In this document: positions 25,456 to 39,500 of the stretch, piece by piece
Layout: each line of letters starts with the position of its first letter
How positions within the stretch are numbered: the stretch's first letter is position 1
Assembly: GCF_009914755.1 (NCBI RefSeq)
Contig: NC_060934.1
Direction: 5' to 3' (one strand)
Origin: the human T2T-CHM13v2.0 reference genome, Homo sapiens
Length of the DNA stretch: 64,000 nt
Program-made: the position numbers and the translations under genes
Notes under the pieces: generated by a model
Databases searched by the model: none
What the model saw: the letters and a program-made list of their open reading frames with translations, nothing else
What the model was told of the DNA's origin: nothing

Positions 25456-28400
25456 AGTCACTTCTTTGTGTTGTGTGTATTCAAGTCACAGAGTTGAACC
25501 TTCCTTTAGACAGAGCAGTTTTGAAAAATTCTTTCTGTGGAGTTTGCAAGTGGAGATTTCAAGCGATTTGAGGCTAATCTTTGAAATGGAAATATCTTCG
25601 TGTAAAAACTACACAGAATCATTCTCAGAAACTGCTTTGTCATCTGTGCGTTCAGTTCACAGAGTTTCACCTTTCTCTTCATAGAGCAGTTTGGAAAGAC
25701 TCTGTCTGTAAAGTCTGCAAGTGATTAGTTAGACCCCTTTGAGGCCTTCGTTGGAAGCGGGATTTCTCATTTACTGCTAGACAGAAGAATTCTCAGTAAA
25801 TCCTTTGTGTTGTGTGTATTCAACTCACAGAGTGGAACCTTCCTTTATTCAGAGCAGTTTTGAAAAACACTTTTTGTGGAATTTGCAAGTGGAGATTTCA
25901 AGCGATTTGACGCCAATCTTAGACATGGAAATATCTTCATATTAAAAGTACACAGAGTCATTCGTAGAAACTAGTTTGTGATGTGTGCCTTCAACTCACA
26001 GAGTTTAACCTTTCTTTTCATAGAGCAGTTTGGAAACACTCTATTTGTAAAGTCTGCAAGTGGATATTTGGACCCCTTTGAGGCCTTCGTTGGAAACGGG
26101 ATTTCTTCATACAACGCTAGACAGAAGAATTCTCAGTAACTTCTTTGTGTTGTGTGTATTCAACTCACAGAGTTGAACCTTTCTTTAGAGAGAGCAGAGT
26201 TGAAACACTCTGTTTTTGGAATTTGCAACTGCAGATTTCAAGCGATTCTAGGCCTATGGCAGAAAAGGAAATATCTTCGTATAAAAACTACACAGAATCA
26301 TTCTCAACAACTACTTTGTGATGTGTGCGTTCAACTCACAGAGTTTAACCTTTCTTTTCATAGAGCAGTTTGGAAACACTCTGTTTGTAAAGCCTGCAAG
26401 TGCTTTTTTGGACTTCATTGAGGCCTTCGTTGGAAACGGGATTTCTTCATGTAATGCTAGACAGAAGAATTCTCAGTCACTTCTTTGTGTTGTGTGTATT
26501 CAAGTCACAGAGTTGAACCTTCCTTTAGACAGAGCAGTTTTGAAAAATTCTTTCTGTGTAATTTGCAAGTGGAGATTTCAAGCGATTTGAGGCTAATCTT
26601 TGAAATGGAAATATCTTCGTGTAAAAACTACACAGAATCATTCTCAGAAACTGCTTTGTCATCTGTGCGTTCAGATCACAGAGTTTCACCTTTCTCTTCA
26701 TAGAGCAGTTTGGAAAGACTCTGTCTGTAAAGTCTGCAAGTGATTAGTTAGACCCCTTTGAGGCCTTCGTTGGAAGCGGGATTTCTCATTTACTGCTAGA
26801 CAGAAGAATTCTCAGTAAATCCTTTGTGTTGTGTGTATTCAACTCACAGAGTGGAACCTTCCTTTATTCAGAGCAGTTTTGAAAAACACTTTTTGTGGAA
26901 TTTGCAAGTGGAGATTTCAAGCGATTTGACGCCAATCTTAGACATGGAAATATCTTCATATTAAAAGTACACAGAGTCATTCGTAGAAACTAGTTTGTGA
27001 TGTGTGCCTTCAACTCACAGAGTTTAACCTTTCTTTTCATAGACCAGTTTGGAAACACTCTATTTGTAAAGTCTGCAAGTGGATATTTGGACCTCTTTGA
27101 GGCCTTCGTTGGAAACGGGATTTCTTCATACAACGCTAGACAGAAGAATTCTCAGTAACTTCTTTGTGTTGTTTGTATTCAACACACAGATTTGAACCTT
27201 CCTTTAGAGAGAGCAGATTTGAAACACTCTGTTTTTGGAATTTGCAAGTGCAGATTTCAAGCGCTTCTAGGCCTATGGCAGAAAAGGAAATATCTTCGTA
27301 TAAAAACTACACAGAATCATTCTCAACAACTACTTTGTGATGTGTGCGTTCAACTCACAGAGTTTAACCTTTCTTTTCATAGAGCAGTTTGGAAACACTC
27401 TGTTTGTAAAGCCTGCAAGTGCTTTTTTGGACTTCATTGAGGCCTTCGTTGGAAACGGGATTTCTTCATATAATGCTAGACAGAAGAATTCTCAGTCACT
27501 TCTTTGTGTTGTGTGTATTCAAGTCACAGAGTTGAACCTTCCTTTAGACAGAGCAGTTTTGAAAAATTCTTTCTGTGGAGTTTGCAAGTGGAGATTTCAA
27601 GCGATTTGAGGCTAATCTTTGAAATGGAAATATCTTCGTGTAAAAACTACACAGAATCATTCTCAGAAACTGCTTTGTCATCTGTGCGTTCAGTTCACAG
27701 AGTTTCACCTTTCTCTTCATAGAGCAGTTTGGAAAGACTCTGTCTGTAAAGTCTGCAAGTGATTAGTTAGACCCCTTTGAGGCCTTCGTTGGAAGCGGGA
27801 TTTCTCATTTACTGCTAGACAGAAGAATTCTCAGTAAATCCTTTGTGTTGTGTGTATTCAACTCACAGAGTGGAACCTTCCTTTATTCAGAGCAGTTTTG
27901 AAAAACACTTTTTGTGGAATTTGCAAGTGGAGATTTCAAGCGATTTGACGCCAATCTTAGACATGGAAATATCTTCATATTAAAAGTACACAGAGTCATT
28001 CGTAGAAACTAGTTTGTGATGTGTGCCTTCAACTCACAGAGTTTAACCTTTCTTTTCATAGAGCAGTTTGGAAACACTCTATTTGTAAAGTCTGCAAGTG
28101 GATATTTGGACCCCTTTGAGGCCTTCGTTGGAAACGGGATTTCTTCATACAACGCTAGACAGAAGAATTCTCAGTAACTTCTTTGTGTTGTGTGTATTCA
28201 ACTCACAGAGTTGAACCTTTCTTTAGAGAGAGCAGAGTTGAAACACTCTGTTTTTGGAATTTGCAACTGCAGATTTCAAGCGATTCTAGGCCTATGGCAG
28301 AAAAGGAAATATCTTCGTATAAAAACTACACAGAATCATTCTCAACAACTACTTTGTGATGTGTGCGTTCAACTCACAGAGTTTAACCTTTCTTTTCATA

Positions 28401-30550
28401 GAGCAGTTTGGAAACACTCTGTTTGTAAAGCCTGCAAGTGCTTTTTTGGACTTCATTGAGGCCTTCGTTGGAAACGGGATTTCTTCATGTAATGCTAGAC
28501 AGAAGAATTCTCAGTCACTTCTTTGTGTTGTGTGTATTCAAGTCACAGAGTTGAACCTTCCTTTAGACAGAGCAGTTTTGAAAAATTCTTTCTGTGTAAT
28601 TTGCAAGTGGAGATTTCAAGCGATTTGAGGCTAATCTTTGAAATGGAAATATCTTCGTGTAAAAACTACACAGAATCATTCTCAGAAACTGCTTTGTCAT
28701 CTGTGCGTTCAGATCACAGAGTTTCACCTTTCTCTTCATAGAGCAGTTTGGAAAGACTCTGTCTGTAAAGTCTGCAAGTGATTAGTTAGACCCCTTTGAG
28801 GCCTTCGTTGGAAGCGGGATTTCTCATTTACTGCTAGACAGAAGAATTCTCAGTAAATCCTTTGTGTTGTGTGTATTCAACTCACAGAGTGGAACCTTCC
28901 TTTATTCAGAGCAGTTTTGAAAAACACTTTTTGTGGAATTTGCAAGTGGAGATTTCAAGCGATTTGACGCCAATCTTAGACATGGAAATATCTTCATATT
29001 AAAAGTACACAGAGTCATTCGTAGAAACTAGTTTGTGATGTGTGCCTTCAACTCACAGAGTTTAACCTTTCTTTTCATAGACCAGTTTGGAAACACTCTA
29101 TTTGTAAAGTCTGCAAGTGGATATTTGGACCTCTTTGAGGCCTTCGTTGGAAACGGGATTTCTTCATACAACGCTAGACAGAAGAATTCTCAGTAACTTC
29201 TTTGTGTTGTGTGTATTCAACTCACAGAGTTGAACCTTTCTTTAGAGAGAGCAGAGTTGAAACACTCTGTTTTTGGAATTTGCAACTGCAGATTTCAAGC
29301 GATTCTAGGCCTATGGCAGAAAAGGAAATATCTTCGTATAAAAACTACACAGAATCATTCTCAACAACTACTTTGTGATGTGTGCGTTCAACTCACAGAG
29401 TTTAACCTTTCTTTTCATAGAGCAGTTTGGAAACACTCTGTTTGTAAAGCCTGCAAGTGCTTTTTTGGACTTCATTGAGGCCTTCGTTGGAAACGGGATT
29501 TCTTCATATAATGCTAGACAGAAGAATTCTCAGTCACTTCTTTGTGTTGTGTGTATTCAAGTCACAGAGTTGAACCTTCCTTTAGACAGAGCAGTTTTGA
29601 AAAATTCTTTCTGTGGAGTTTGCAAGTGGAGATTTCAAGTGATTTGAGGCTAATCTTTGAAATGGAAATATCTTCGTGTAAAAACTACACAGAATCATTC
29701 TCAGAAACTGCTTTGTCATCTGTGCGTTCAGTTCACAGAGTTTCACCTTTCTCTTCATAGAGCAGTTTGGAAAGACTCTGTCTGTAAAGTCTGCAAGTGA
29801 TTAGTTAGACCCCTTTGAGGCCTTCGTTGGAAGCGGGATTTCTCATTTACTGCTAGACAGAAGAATTCTCAGTAAATCCTTTGTGTTGTGTGTATTCAAC
29901 TCACAGAGTGGAACCTTCCTTTATTCAGAGCAGTTTTGAAAAACACTTTTTGTGGAATTTGCAAGTGGAGATTTCAAGCGATTTGACGCCAATCTTAGAC
30001 ATGGAAATATCTTCATATTAAAAGTACACAGAGTCATTCGTAGAAACTAGTTTGTGATGTGTGCCTTCAACTCACAGAGTTTAACCTTTCTTTTCATAGA
30101 GCAGTTTGGAAACACTCTATTTGTAAAGTCTGCAAGTGGATATTTGGACCTCTTTGAGGCCTTCGTTGGAAACGGGATTTCTTCATACAACGCTAGACAG
30201 AAGAATTCTCAGTAACTTCTTTGTGTTGTGTGTATTCAACTCACAGAGTTGAACCTTTCTTTAGAGAGAGCAGAGTTGAAACACTCTGTTTTTGGAATTT
30301 GCAACTGCAGATTTCAAGCGCTTCTAGGCCTATGGCAGAAAAGGAAATATCTTCGTATAAAAACTACACAGAATCATTCTCAACAACTACTTTGTGATGT
30401 GTGCGTTCAACTCACAGAGTTTAACCTTTCTTTTCATAGAGCAGTTTGGAAACACTCTGTTTGTAAAGCCTGCAAGTGCTTTTTTGGACTTCATTGAGGC
30501 CTTCGTTGGAAACGGGATTTCTTCATGTAATGCTAGACAGAAGAATTCTC
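25456..30550 (+). repeat. Run of five consecutive 6-mer HORs, including one atypical 6-mer (26475-27493)
   Basis: Five anchors spaced exactly 1019 bp apart (ORF starts 25466 to 30561). Confidence 0.96.
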
Positions 30551-33500
30551 AGTCACTTCTTTGTGTTGTGTGTATTCAAGTCACAGAGTTGAACCTTCCT
30601 TTAGACAGAGCAGTTTTGAAAAATTCTTTCTGTGGAGTTTGCAAGTGGAGATTTCAAGCGATTTGAGGCTAATCTTTGAAATGGAAATATCTTCGTGTAA
30701 AAACTACACAGAATCATTCTCAGAAACTGCTTTGTCATCTGTGCGTTCAGTTCACAGAGTTTCACCTTTCTCTTCATAGAGCAGTTTGGAAAGACTCTGT
30801 CTGTAAAGTCTGCAAGTGATTAGTTAGACCCCTTTGAGGCCTTCGTTGGAAGCGGGATTTCTCATTTACTGCTAGACAGAAGAATTCTCAGTAAATCCTT
30901 TGTGTTGTGTGTATTCAACTCACAGAGTGGAACCTTCCTTTATTCAGAGCAGTTTTGAAACACTCTTTTTGTGGAATTTGCAAGTGGAGATTTCAAGCGA
31001 TTTGACGCCAATCTTAGACATGGAAATATCTTCATATTAAAAGTACACAGAGTCATTCGTAGAAACTAGTTTGTGATGTGTGCCTTCAACTCACAGAGTT
31101 TAACCTTTCTTTTCATAGAGCAGTTGGGAAACACTCTATTTGTAAAGTCTGCAAGTGGATATTTGGACCTCTTTGAGGCCTTCGTTGGAAACGGGATTTC
31201 TTCATATAACGCTAGACAGAAGAATTCTCAGTAACTTCTTTGTGTTGTGTGTATTCAACTCACAGAGTTGAACCTTTCTTTAGAGGGAGCAGAGGTGAAA
31301 CACTCTTTTTGTGGAATTTGCTAGTGTAGATTTCAAACGCTTCGAAGACAGTGATAGAAAAGGATATATCTTCGTATTAAAAGTAGACAAAATCATTCTC
31401 AGAAAACTCTTTGTGATGTGTGTGTTCAACTCACAGAGTTTAACCTTTCTTTAATCGAGCAGTTTGGAAATACACTCTTTGTAAGTCTGCAGGTGGATAT
31501 TTGGCCCTCTTTGAGCCCTTCGTTGGAAACGGGATTTCCTCATATAATGCTAGACAGAAGAATTCTCAGTAACTTCTTTGTGTTGTTTGTATTCAACACA
31601 CAGATTTGAACCTTCCTTTAGAGAGAGCAGATTTGAAACACTCTGTTTTTGGAATTTGCAAGTGCAGATTTCAAGCGCTTCTAGGCCTATGGCAGAAAAG
31701 GAAATATCTTCGTATAAAAACTACACAGAATCATTCTCAACAACTACTTTGTGATGTGTGCGTTCAACTCACAGAGTTTAACCTTTCTTTTCATAGAGCA
31801 GTTTGGAAACACTCTGTTTGTAAAGCCTGCAAGTGCTTTTTTGGACTTCATTGAGGCCTTCGTTGGAAACGGGATTTCTTCATATAATGCTAGACAGAAG
31901 AATTCTCAGTCACTTCTTTGTGTTGTGTGTATTCAAGTCACAGAGTTGAACCTTCCTTTAGACAGAGCAGTTTTGAAAAATTCTTTCTGTGGAGTTTGCA
32001 AGTGGAGATTTCAAGCGATTTGAGGCTAATCTTTGAAATGGAAATATCTTCGTGTAAAAACTACACAGAATCATTCTCAGAAACTGCTTTGTCATCTGTG
32101 CGTTCAGTTCACAGAGTTTCACCTTTCTCTTCATAGAGCAGTTTGGAAAGACTCTGTCTGTAAAGTCTGCAAGTGATTAGTTAGACCCCTTTGAGGCCTT
32201 CGTTGGAAGCGGGATTTCTCATTTACTGCTAGACAGAAGAATTCTCAGTAAATCCTTTGTGTTGTGTGTATTCAACTCACAGAGTGGAACCTTCCTTTAT
32301 TCAGAGCAGTTTTGAAACACTCTTTTTGTGGAATTTGCAAGTGGAGATTTCAAGCGATTTGACGCCAATCTTAGACATGGAAATATCTTCATATTAAAAG
32401 TACACAGAGTCATTCGTAGAAACTAGTTTGTGATGTGTGCCTTCAACTCACAGAGTTTAACCTTTCTTTTCATAGAGCAGTTGGGAAACACTCTATTTGT
32501 AAAGTCTGCAAGTGGATATTTGGACCTCTTTGAGGCCTTCGTTGGAAACGGGATTTCTTCATATAACGCTAGACAGAAGAATTCTCAGTAACTTCTTTGT
32601 GTTGTGTGTATTCAACTCACAGAGTTGAACCTTTCTTTAGAGGGAGCAGAGGTGAAACACTCTTTTTGTGGAATTTGCTAGTGTAGATTTCAAACGCTTC
32701 GAAGACAGTGATAGAAAAGGATATATCTTCGTATTAAAAGTAGACAAAATCATTCTCAGAAAACTCTTTGTGATGTGTGTGTTCAACTCACAGAGTTTAA
32801 CCTTTCTTTAATCGAGCAGTTTGGAAATACACTCTTTGTAAGTCTGCAGGTGGATATTTGGCCCTCTTTGAGCCCTTCGTTGGAAACGGGATTTCCTCAT
32901 ATAATGCTAGACAGAAGAATTCTCAGTAACTTCTTTGTGTTGTTTGTATTCAACACACAGATTTGAACCTTCCTTTAGAGAGAGCAGATTTGAAACACTC
33001 TGTTTTTGGAATTTGCAAGTGCAGATTTCAAGCGCTTCTAGGCCTATGGCAGAAAAGGAAATATCTTCGTATAAAAACTACACAGAATCATTCTCAACAA
33101 CTACTTTGTGATGTGTGCGTTCAACTCACAGAGTTTAACCTTTCTTTTCATAGAGCAGTTTGGAAACACTCTGTTTGTAAAGCCTGCAAGTGCTTTTTTG
33201 GACTTCATTGAGGCCTTCGTTGGAAACGGGATTTCTTCATATAATGCTAGACAGAAGAATTCTCAGTCACTTCTTTGTGTTGTGTGTATTCAAGTCACAG
33301 AGTTGAACCTTCCTTTAGACAGAGCAGTTTTGAAAAATTCTTTCTGTGGAGTTTGCAAGTGGAGATTTCAAGCGATTTGAGGCTAATCTTTGAAATGGAA
33401 ATATCTTCGTGTAAAAACTACACAGAATCATTCTCAGAAACTGCTTTGTCATCTGTGCGTTCAGTTCACAGAGTTTCACCTTTCTCTTCATAGAGCAGTT

Positions 33501-36500
33501 TGGAAAGACTCTGTCTGTAAAGTCTGCAAGTGATTAGTTAGACCCCTTTGAGGCCTTCGTTGGAAACGGGATTTCTCATTTACTGCTAGACAGAAGAATT
33601 CTCAGTAAATCCTTTGTGTTGTGTGTATTCAACTCACAGAGTGGAACCTTCCTTTATTCAGAGCAGTTTTGAAACACTCTTTTTGTGGAATTTGCAAGTG
33701 GAGATTTCAAGCGATTTGACGCCAATCTTAGACATGGAAATATCTTCATATTAAAAGTACACAGAGTCATTCGTAGAAACTAGTTTGTGATGTGTGCCTT
33801 CAACTCACAGAGTTTAACCTTTCTTTTCATAGAGCAGTTGGGAAACACTCTATTTGTAAAGTCTGCAAGTGGATATTTGGACCTCTTTGAGGCCTTCGTT
33901 GGAAACGGGATTTCTTCATATAACGCTAGACAGAAGAATTCTCAGTAACTTCTTTGTGTTGTGTGTATTCAACTCACAGAGTTGAACCTTTCTTTAGAGG
34001 GAGCAGAGGTGAAACACTCTTTTTGTGGAATTTGCTAGTGTAGATTTCAAACGCTTCGAAGACAGTGATAGAAAAGGATATATCTTCGTATTAAAAGTAG
34101 ACAAAATCATTCTCAGAAAACTCTTTGTGATGTGTGTGTTCAACTCACAGAGTTTAACCTTTCTTTAATCGAGCAGTTTGGAAATACACTCTTTGTAAGT
34201 CTGCAGGTGGATATTTGGCCCTCTTTGAGCCCTTCGTTGGAAACGGGATTTCCTCATATAATGCTAGACAGAAGAATTCTCAGTAACTTCTTTGTGTTGT
34301 TTGTATTCAACACACAGATTTGAACCTTCCTTTAGAGAGAGCAGATTTGAAACACTCTGTTTTTGGAATTTGCAAGTGCAGATTTCAAGCGCTTCTAGGC
34401 CTATGGCAGAAAAGGAAATATCTTCGTATAAAAACTACACAGAATCATTCTCAACAACTACTTTGTGATGTGTGCGTTCAACTCACAGAGTTTAACCTTT
34501 CTTTTCATAGAGCAGTTTGGAAACACTCTGTTTGTAAAGCCTGCAAGTGCTTTTTTGGACTTCATTGAGGCCTTCGTTGGAAACGGGATTTCTTCATATA
34601 ATGCTAGACAGAAGAATTCTCAGTCACTTCTTTGTGTTGTGTGTATTCAAGTCACAGAGTTGAACCTTCCTTTAGACAGAGCAGTTTTGAAAAATTCTTT
34701 CTGTGGAGTTTGCAAGTGGAGATTTCAAGCGATTTGAGGCTAATCTTTGAAATGGAAATATCTTCGTGTAAAAACTACACAGAATCATTCTCAGAAACTG
34801 CTTTGTCATCTGTGCGTTCAGTTCACAGAGTTTCACCTTTCTCTTCATAGAGCAGTTTGGAAAGACTCTGTCTGTAAAGTCTGCAAGTGATTAGTTAGAC
34901 CCCTTTGAGGCCTTCGTTGGAAGCGGGATTTCTCATTTACTGCTAGACAGAAGAATTCTCAGTAAATCCTTTGTGTTGTGTGTATTCAACTCACAGAGTG
35001 GAACATTCCTTTATTCAGAGCAGTTTTGAAACACTCTTTTTGTGGAATTTGCAAGTGGAGATTTCAAGCGATTTGACGCCAATCTTAGACATGGAAATAT
35101 CTTCATATTAAAAGTACACAGAGTCATTCGTAGAAACTAGTTTGTGATGTGTGCCTTCAACTCACAGAGTTTAACCTTTCTTTTCATAGAGCAGTTGGGA
35201 AACACTCTATTTGTAAAGTCTGCAAGTGGATATTTGGACCTCTTTGAGGCCTTCGTTGGAAACGGGATTTCTTCATATAACGCTAGACAGAAGAATTCTC
35301 TGTAACTTCTTTGTGTTGTGTGTATTCAACTCACAGAGTTGAACCTTTCTTTAGAGGGAGCAGAGGTGAAACACTCTTTTTGTGGAATTTGCTAGTGTAG
35401 ATTTCAAACGCTTCGAAGACAGTGATAGAAAAGGATATATCTTCGTATTAAAAGTAGACAAAATCATTCTCAGAAAACTCTTTGTGATGTGTGTGTTCAA
35501 CTCACAGAGTTTAACCTTTCTTTAATCGAGCAGTTTGGAAATACACTCTTTGTAAGTCTGCAGGTGGATATTTGGCCCTCTTTGAGCCCTTCGTTGGAAA
35601 CGGGATTTCCTCATATAATGCTAGACAGAAGAATTCTCAGTAACTTCTTTGTGTTGTTTGTATTCAACACACAGATTTGAACCTTCCTTTAGAGAGAGCA
35701 GATTTGAAACACTCTGTTTTTGGAATTTGCAAGTGCAGATTTCAAGCGCTTCTAGGCCTATGGCAGAAAAGGAAATATCTTCGTATAAAAACTACACAGA
35801 ATCATTCTCAACAACTACTTTGTGATGTGTGCGTTCAACTCACAGAGTTTAACCTTTCTTTTCATAGAGCAGTTTGGAAACACTCTGTTTGTAAAGCCTG
35901 CAAGTGCTTTTATGGACTTCATTGAGGCCTTCGTTGGAAACGGGATTTCTTCATATAATGCTAGACAGAAGAATTCTCAGTCACTTCTTTGTGTTGTGTG
36001 TATTCAAGTCACAGAGTTGAACCTTCCTTTAGACAGAGCAGTTTTGAAAAATTCTTTCTGTGGAGTTTGCAAGTGGAGATTTCAAGCGATTTGAGGCTAA
36101 TCTTTGAAATGGAAATATCTTCGTGTAAAAACTACACAGAATCATTCTCAGAAACTGCTTTGTCATCTGTGCGTTCAGTTCACAGAGTTTCACCTTTCTC
36201 TTCATAGAGCAGTTTGGAAAGACTCTGTCTGTAAAGTCTGCAAGTGATTAGTTAGACCCCTTTGAGGCCTTCGTTGGAAGCGGGATTTCTCATTTACTGC
36301 TAGACAGAAGAATTCTCAGTAAATCCTTTGTGTTGTGTGTATTCAACTCACAGAGTGGAACCTTCCTTTATTCAGAGCAGTTTTGAAAAACACTTTTTGT
36401 GGAATTTGCAAGTGGAGATTTCAAGCGATTTGACGCCAATCTTAGACATGGAAATGTCTTCATATTAAAAGTACACAGAGTCATTCGTAGAAACTAGTTT

Positions 36501-39500
36501 GTGATGTGTGCCTTCAACTCACAGAGTTTAACCTTTCTTTTCATAGAGCAGTTTGGAAACACTCTATTTGTAAAGTCTGCAAGTGGATATTTGGACCTCT
36601 TTGAGGCCTTCGTTGGAAACGGGATTTCTTCATACAACGCTAGACAGAAGAATTCTCAGTAACTTCTTTGTGTTGTGTGTATTCAACTCACAGAGTTGAA
36701 CCTTTCTTTAGAGGGAGCAGAGGTGAAACACTCTTTTTGTGGAATTTGCTAGTGTAGATTTCAAACGCTTCGAAGACAGTGATAGAAAAGGATATATCTT
36801 CGTATTAAAAGTAGACAAAATCATTCTCAGAAAACTCTTTGTGATGTGTGTGTTCAACTCACAGAGTTTAACCTTTCTTTAATCGAGCAGTTTGGAAATA
36901 CACTCTTTGTAAGTCTGCAGGTGGATATTTGGCCCTCTTTGAGCCCTTCGTTGGAAACGGGATTTCCTCATATAATGCTAGACAGAAGAATTCTCAGTAA
37001 CTTCTTTGTGTTGTTTGTATTCAACACACAGATTTGAACCTTCCTTTAGAGAGAGCAGATTTGAAACACTCTGTTTTTGGAATTTGCAAGTGCAGATTTC
37101 AAGCGCTTCTAGGCCTATGGCAGAAAAGGAAATATCTTCGTATAAAAACTACACAGAATCATTCTCAACAACTACTTTGTGATGTGTGCGTTCAACTCAC
37201 AGAGTTTAACCTTTCTTTTCATAGAGCAGTTTGGAAACACTCTGTTTGTAAAGCCTGCAAGTGCTTTTATGGACTTCATTGAGGCCTTCGTTGGAAACGG
37301 GATTTCTTCATATAATGCTAGACAGAAGAATTCTCAGTCACTTCTTTGTGTTGTGTGTATTCAAGTCACAGAGTTGAACCTTCCTTTAGACAGAGCAGTT
37401 TTGAAAAATTCTTTCTGTGGAGTTTGCAAGTGGAGATTTCAAGCGATTTGAGGCTAATCTTTGAAATGGAAATATCTTCGTGTAAAAACTACACAGAATC
37501 ATTCTCAGAAACTGCTTTGTCATCTGTGCGTTCAGTTCACAGAGTTTCACCTTTCTCTTCATAGAGCAGTTTGGAAAGACTCTGTCTGTAAAGTCTGCAA
37601 GTGATTAGTTAGACCCCTTTGAGGCCTTCGTTGGAAGCGGGATTTCTCATTTACTGCTAGACAGAAGAATTCTCAGTAAATCCTTTGTGTTGTGTGTATT
37701 CAACTCACAGAGTGGAACCTTCCTTTATTCAGAGCAGTTTTGAAAAACACTTTTTGTGGAATTTGCAAGTGGAGATTTCAAGCGATTTGACGCCAATCTT
37801 AGACATGGAAATGTCTTCATATTAAAAGTACACAGAGTCATTCGTAGAAACTAGTTTGTGATGTGTGCCTTCAACTCACAGAGTTTAACCTTTCTTTTCA
37901 TAGAGCAGTTTGGAAACACTCTATTTGTAAAGTCTGCAAGTGGATATTTGGACCTCTTTGAGGCCTTCGTTGGAAACGGGATTTCTTCATACAACGCTAG
38001 ACAGAAGAATTCTCAGTAACTTCTTTGTGTTGTGTGTATTCAACTCACAGAGTTGAACCTTTCTTTAGAGGGAGCAGAGGTGAAACACTCTTTTTGTGGA
38101 ATTTGCTAGTGTAGATTTCAAACGCTTCGAAGACAGTGATAGAAAAGGATATATCTTCGTATTAAAAGTAGACAAAATCATTCTCAGAAAACTCTTTGTG
38201 ATGTGTGTGTTCAACTCACAGAGTTTAACCTTTCTTTAATCGAGCAGTTTGGAAATACACTCTTTGTAAGTCTGCAGGTGGATATTTGGCCCTCTTTGAG
38301 CCCTTCGTTGGAAACGGGATTTCCTCATATAATGCTAGACAGAAGAATTCTCAGTAACTTCTTTGTGTTGATTGTATTCAACACACAGATTTGAACCTTC
38401 CTTTAGAGAGAGCAGATTTGAAACACTCTGTTTTTGGAATTTGCAAGTGCAGATTTCAAGCGCTTCTAGGCCTATGGCAGAAAAGGAAATATCTTCGTAT
38501 AAAAACTACACAGAATCATTCTCAACAACTACTTTGTGATGTGTGCGTTCAACTCACAGAGTTTAACCTTTCTTTTCATAGAGCAGTTTGGAAACACTCT
38601 GTTTGTAAAGCCTGCAAGTGCTTTTTTGGACTTCATTGAGGCCTTCGTTGGAAACGGGATTTCTTCATATAATGCTAGACAGAAGAATTCTCAGTCACTT
38701 CTTTGTGTTGTGTGTATTCAAGTCACAGAGTTGAACCTTCCTTTAGACAGAGCAGTTTTGAAAAATTCTTTCTGTGGAGTTTGCAAGTGGAGATTTCAAG
38801 CGATTTGAGGCTAATCTTTGAAATGGAAATATCTTCGTGTAAAAACTACACAGAATCATTCTCAGAAACTGCTTTGTCATCTGTGCGTTCAGTTCACAGA
38901 GTTTCACCTTTCTCTTCATAGAGCAGTTTGGAAAGACTCTGTCTGTAAAGTCTGCAAGTGATTAGTTAGACCCCTTTGAGGCCTTCGTTGGAAGCGGGAT
39001 TTCTCATTTACTGCTAGACAGAAGAATTCTCAGTAAATCCTTTGTGTTGTGTGTATTCAACTCACAGAGTGGAACCTTCCTTTATTCAGAGCAGTTTTGA
39101 AACACTCTTTTTGTGGAATTTGCAAGTGGAGATTTCAAGCGATTTGACGCCAATCTTAGACATGGAAATATCTTCATATTAAAAGTACACAGAGTCATTC
39201 GTAGAAACTAGTTTGTGATGTGTGCCTTCAACTCACAGAGTTTAACCTTTCTTTTCATAGAGCAGTTGGGAAACACTCTATTTGTAAAGTCTGCAAGTGG
39301 ATATTTGGACCTCTTTGAGGCCTTCGTTGGAAACGGGATTTCTTCATATAACGCTAGACAGAAGAATTCTCAGTAACTTCTTTGTGTTGTGTGTATTCAA
39401 CTCACAGAGTTGAACCTTTCTTTAGAGGGAGCAGAGGTGAAACACTCTTTTTGTGGAATTTGCTAGTGTAGATTTCAAACGCTTCGAAGACAGTGATAGA

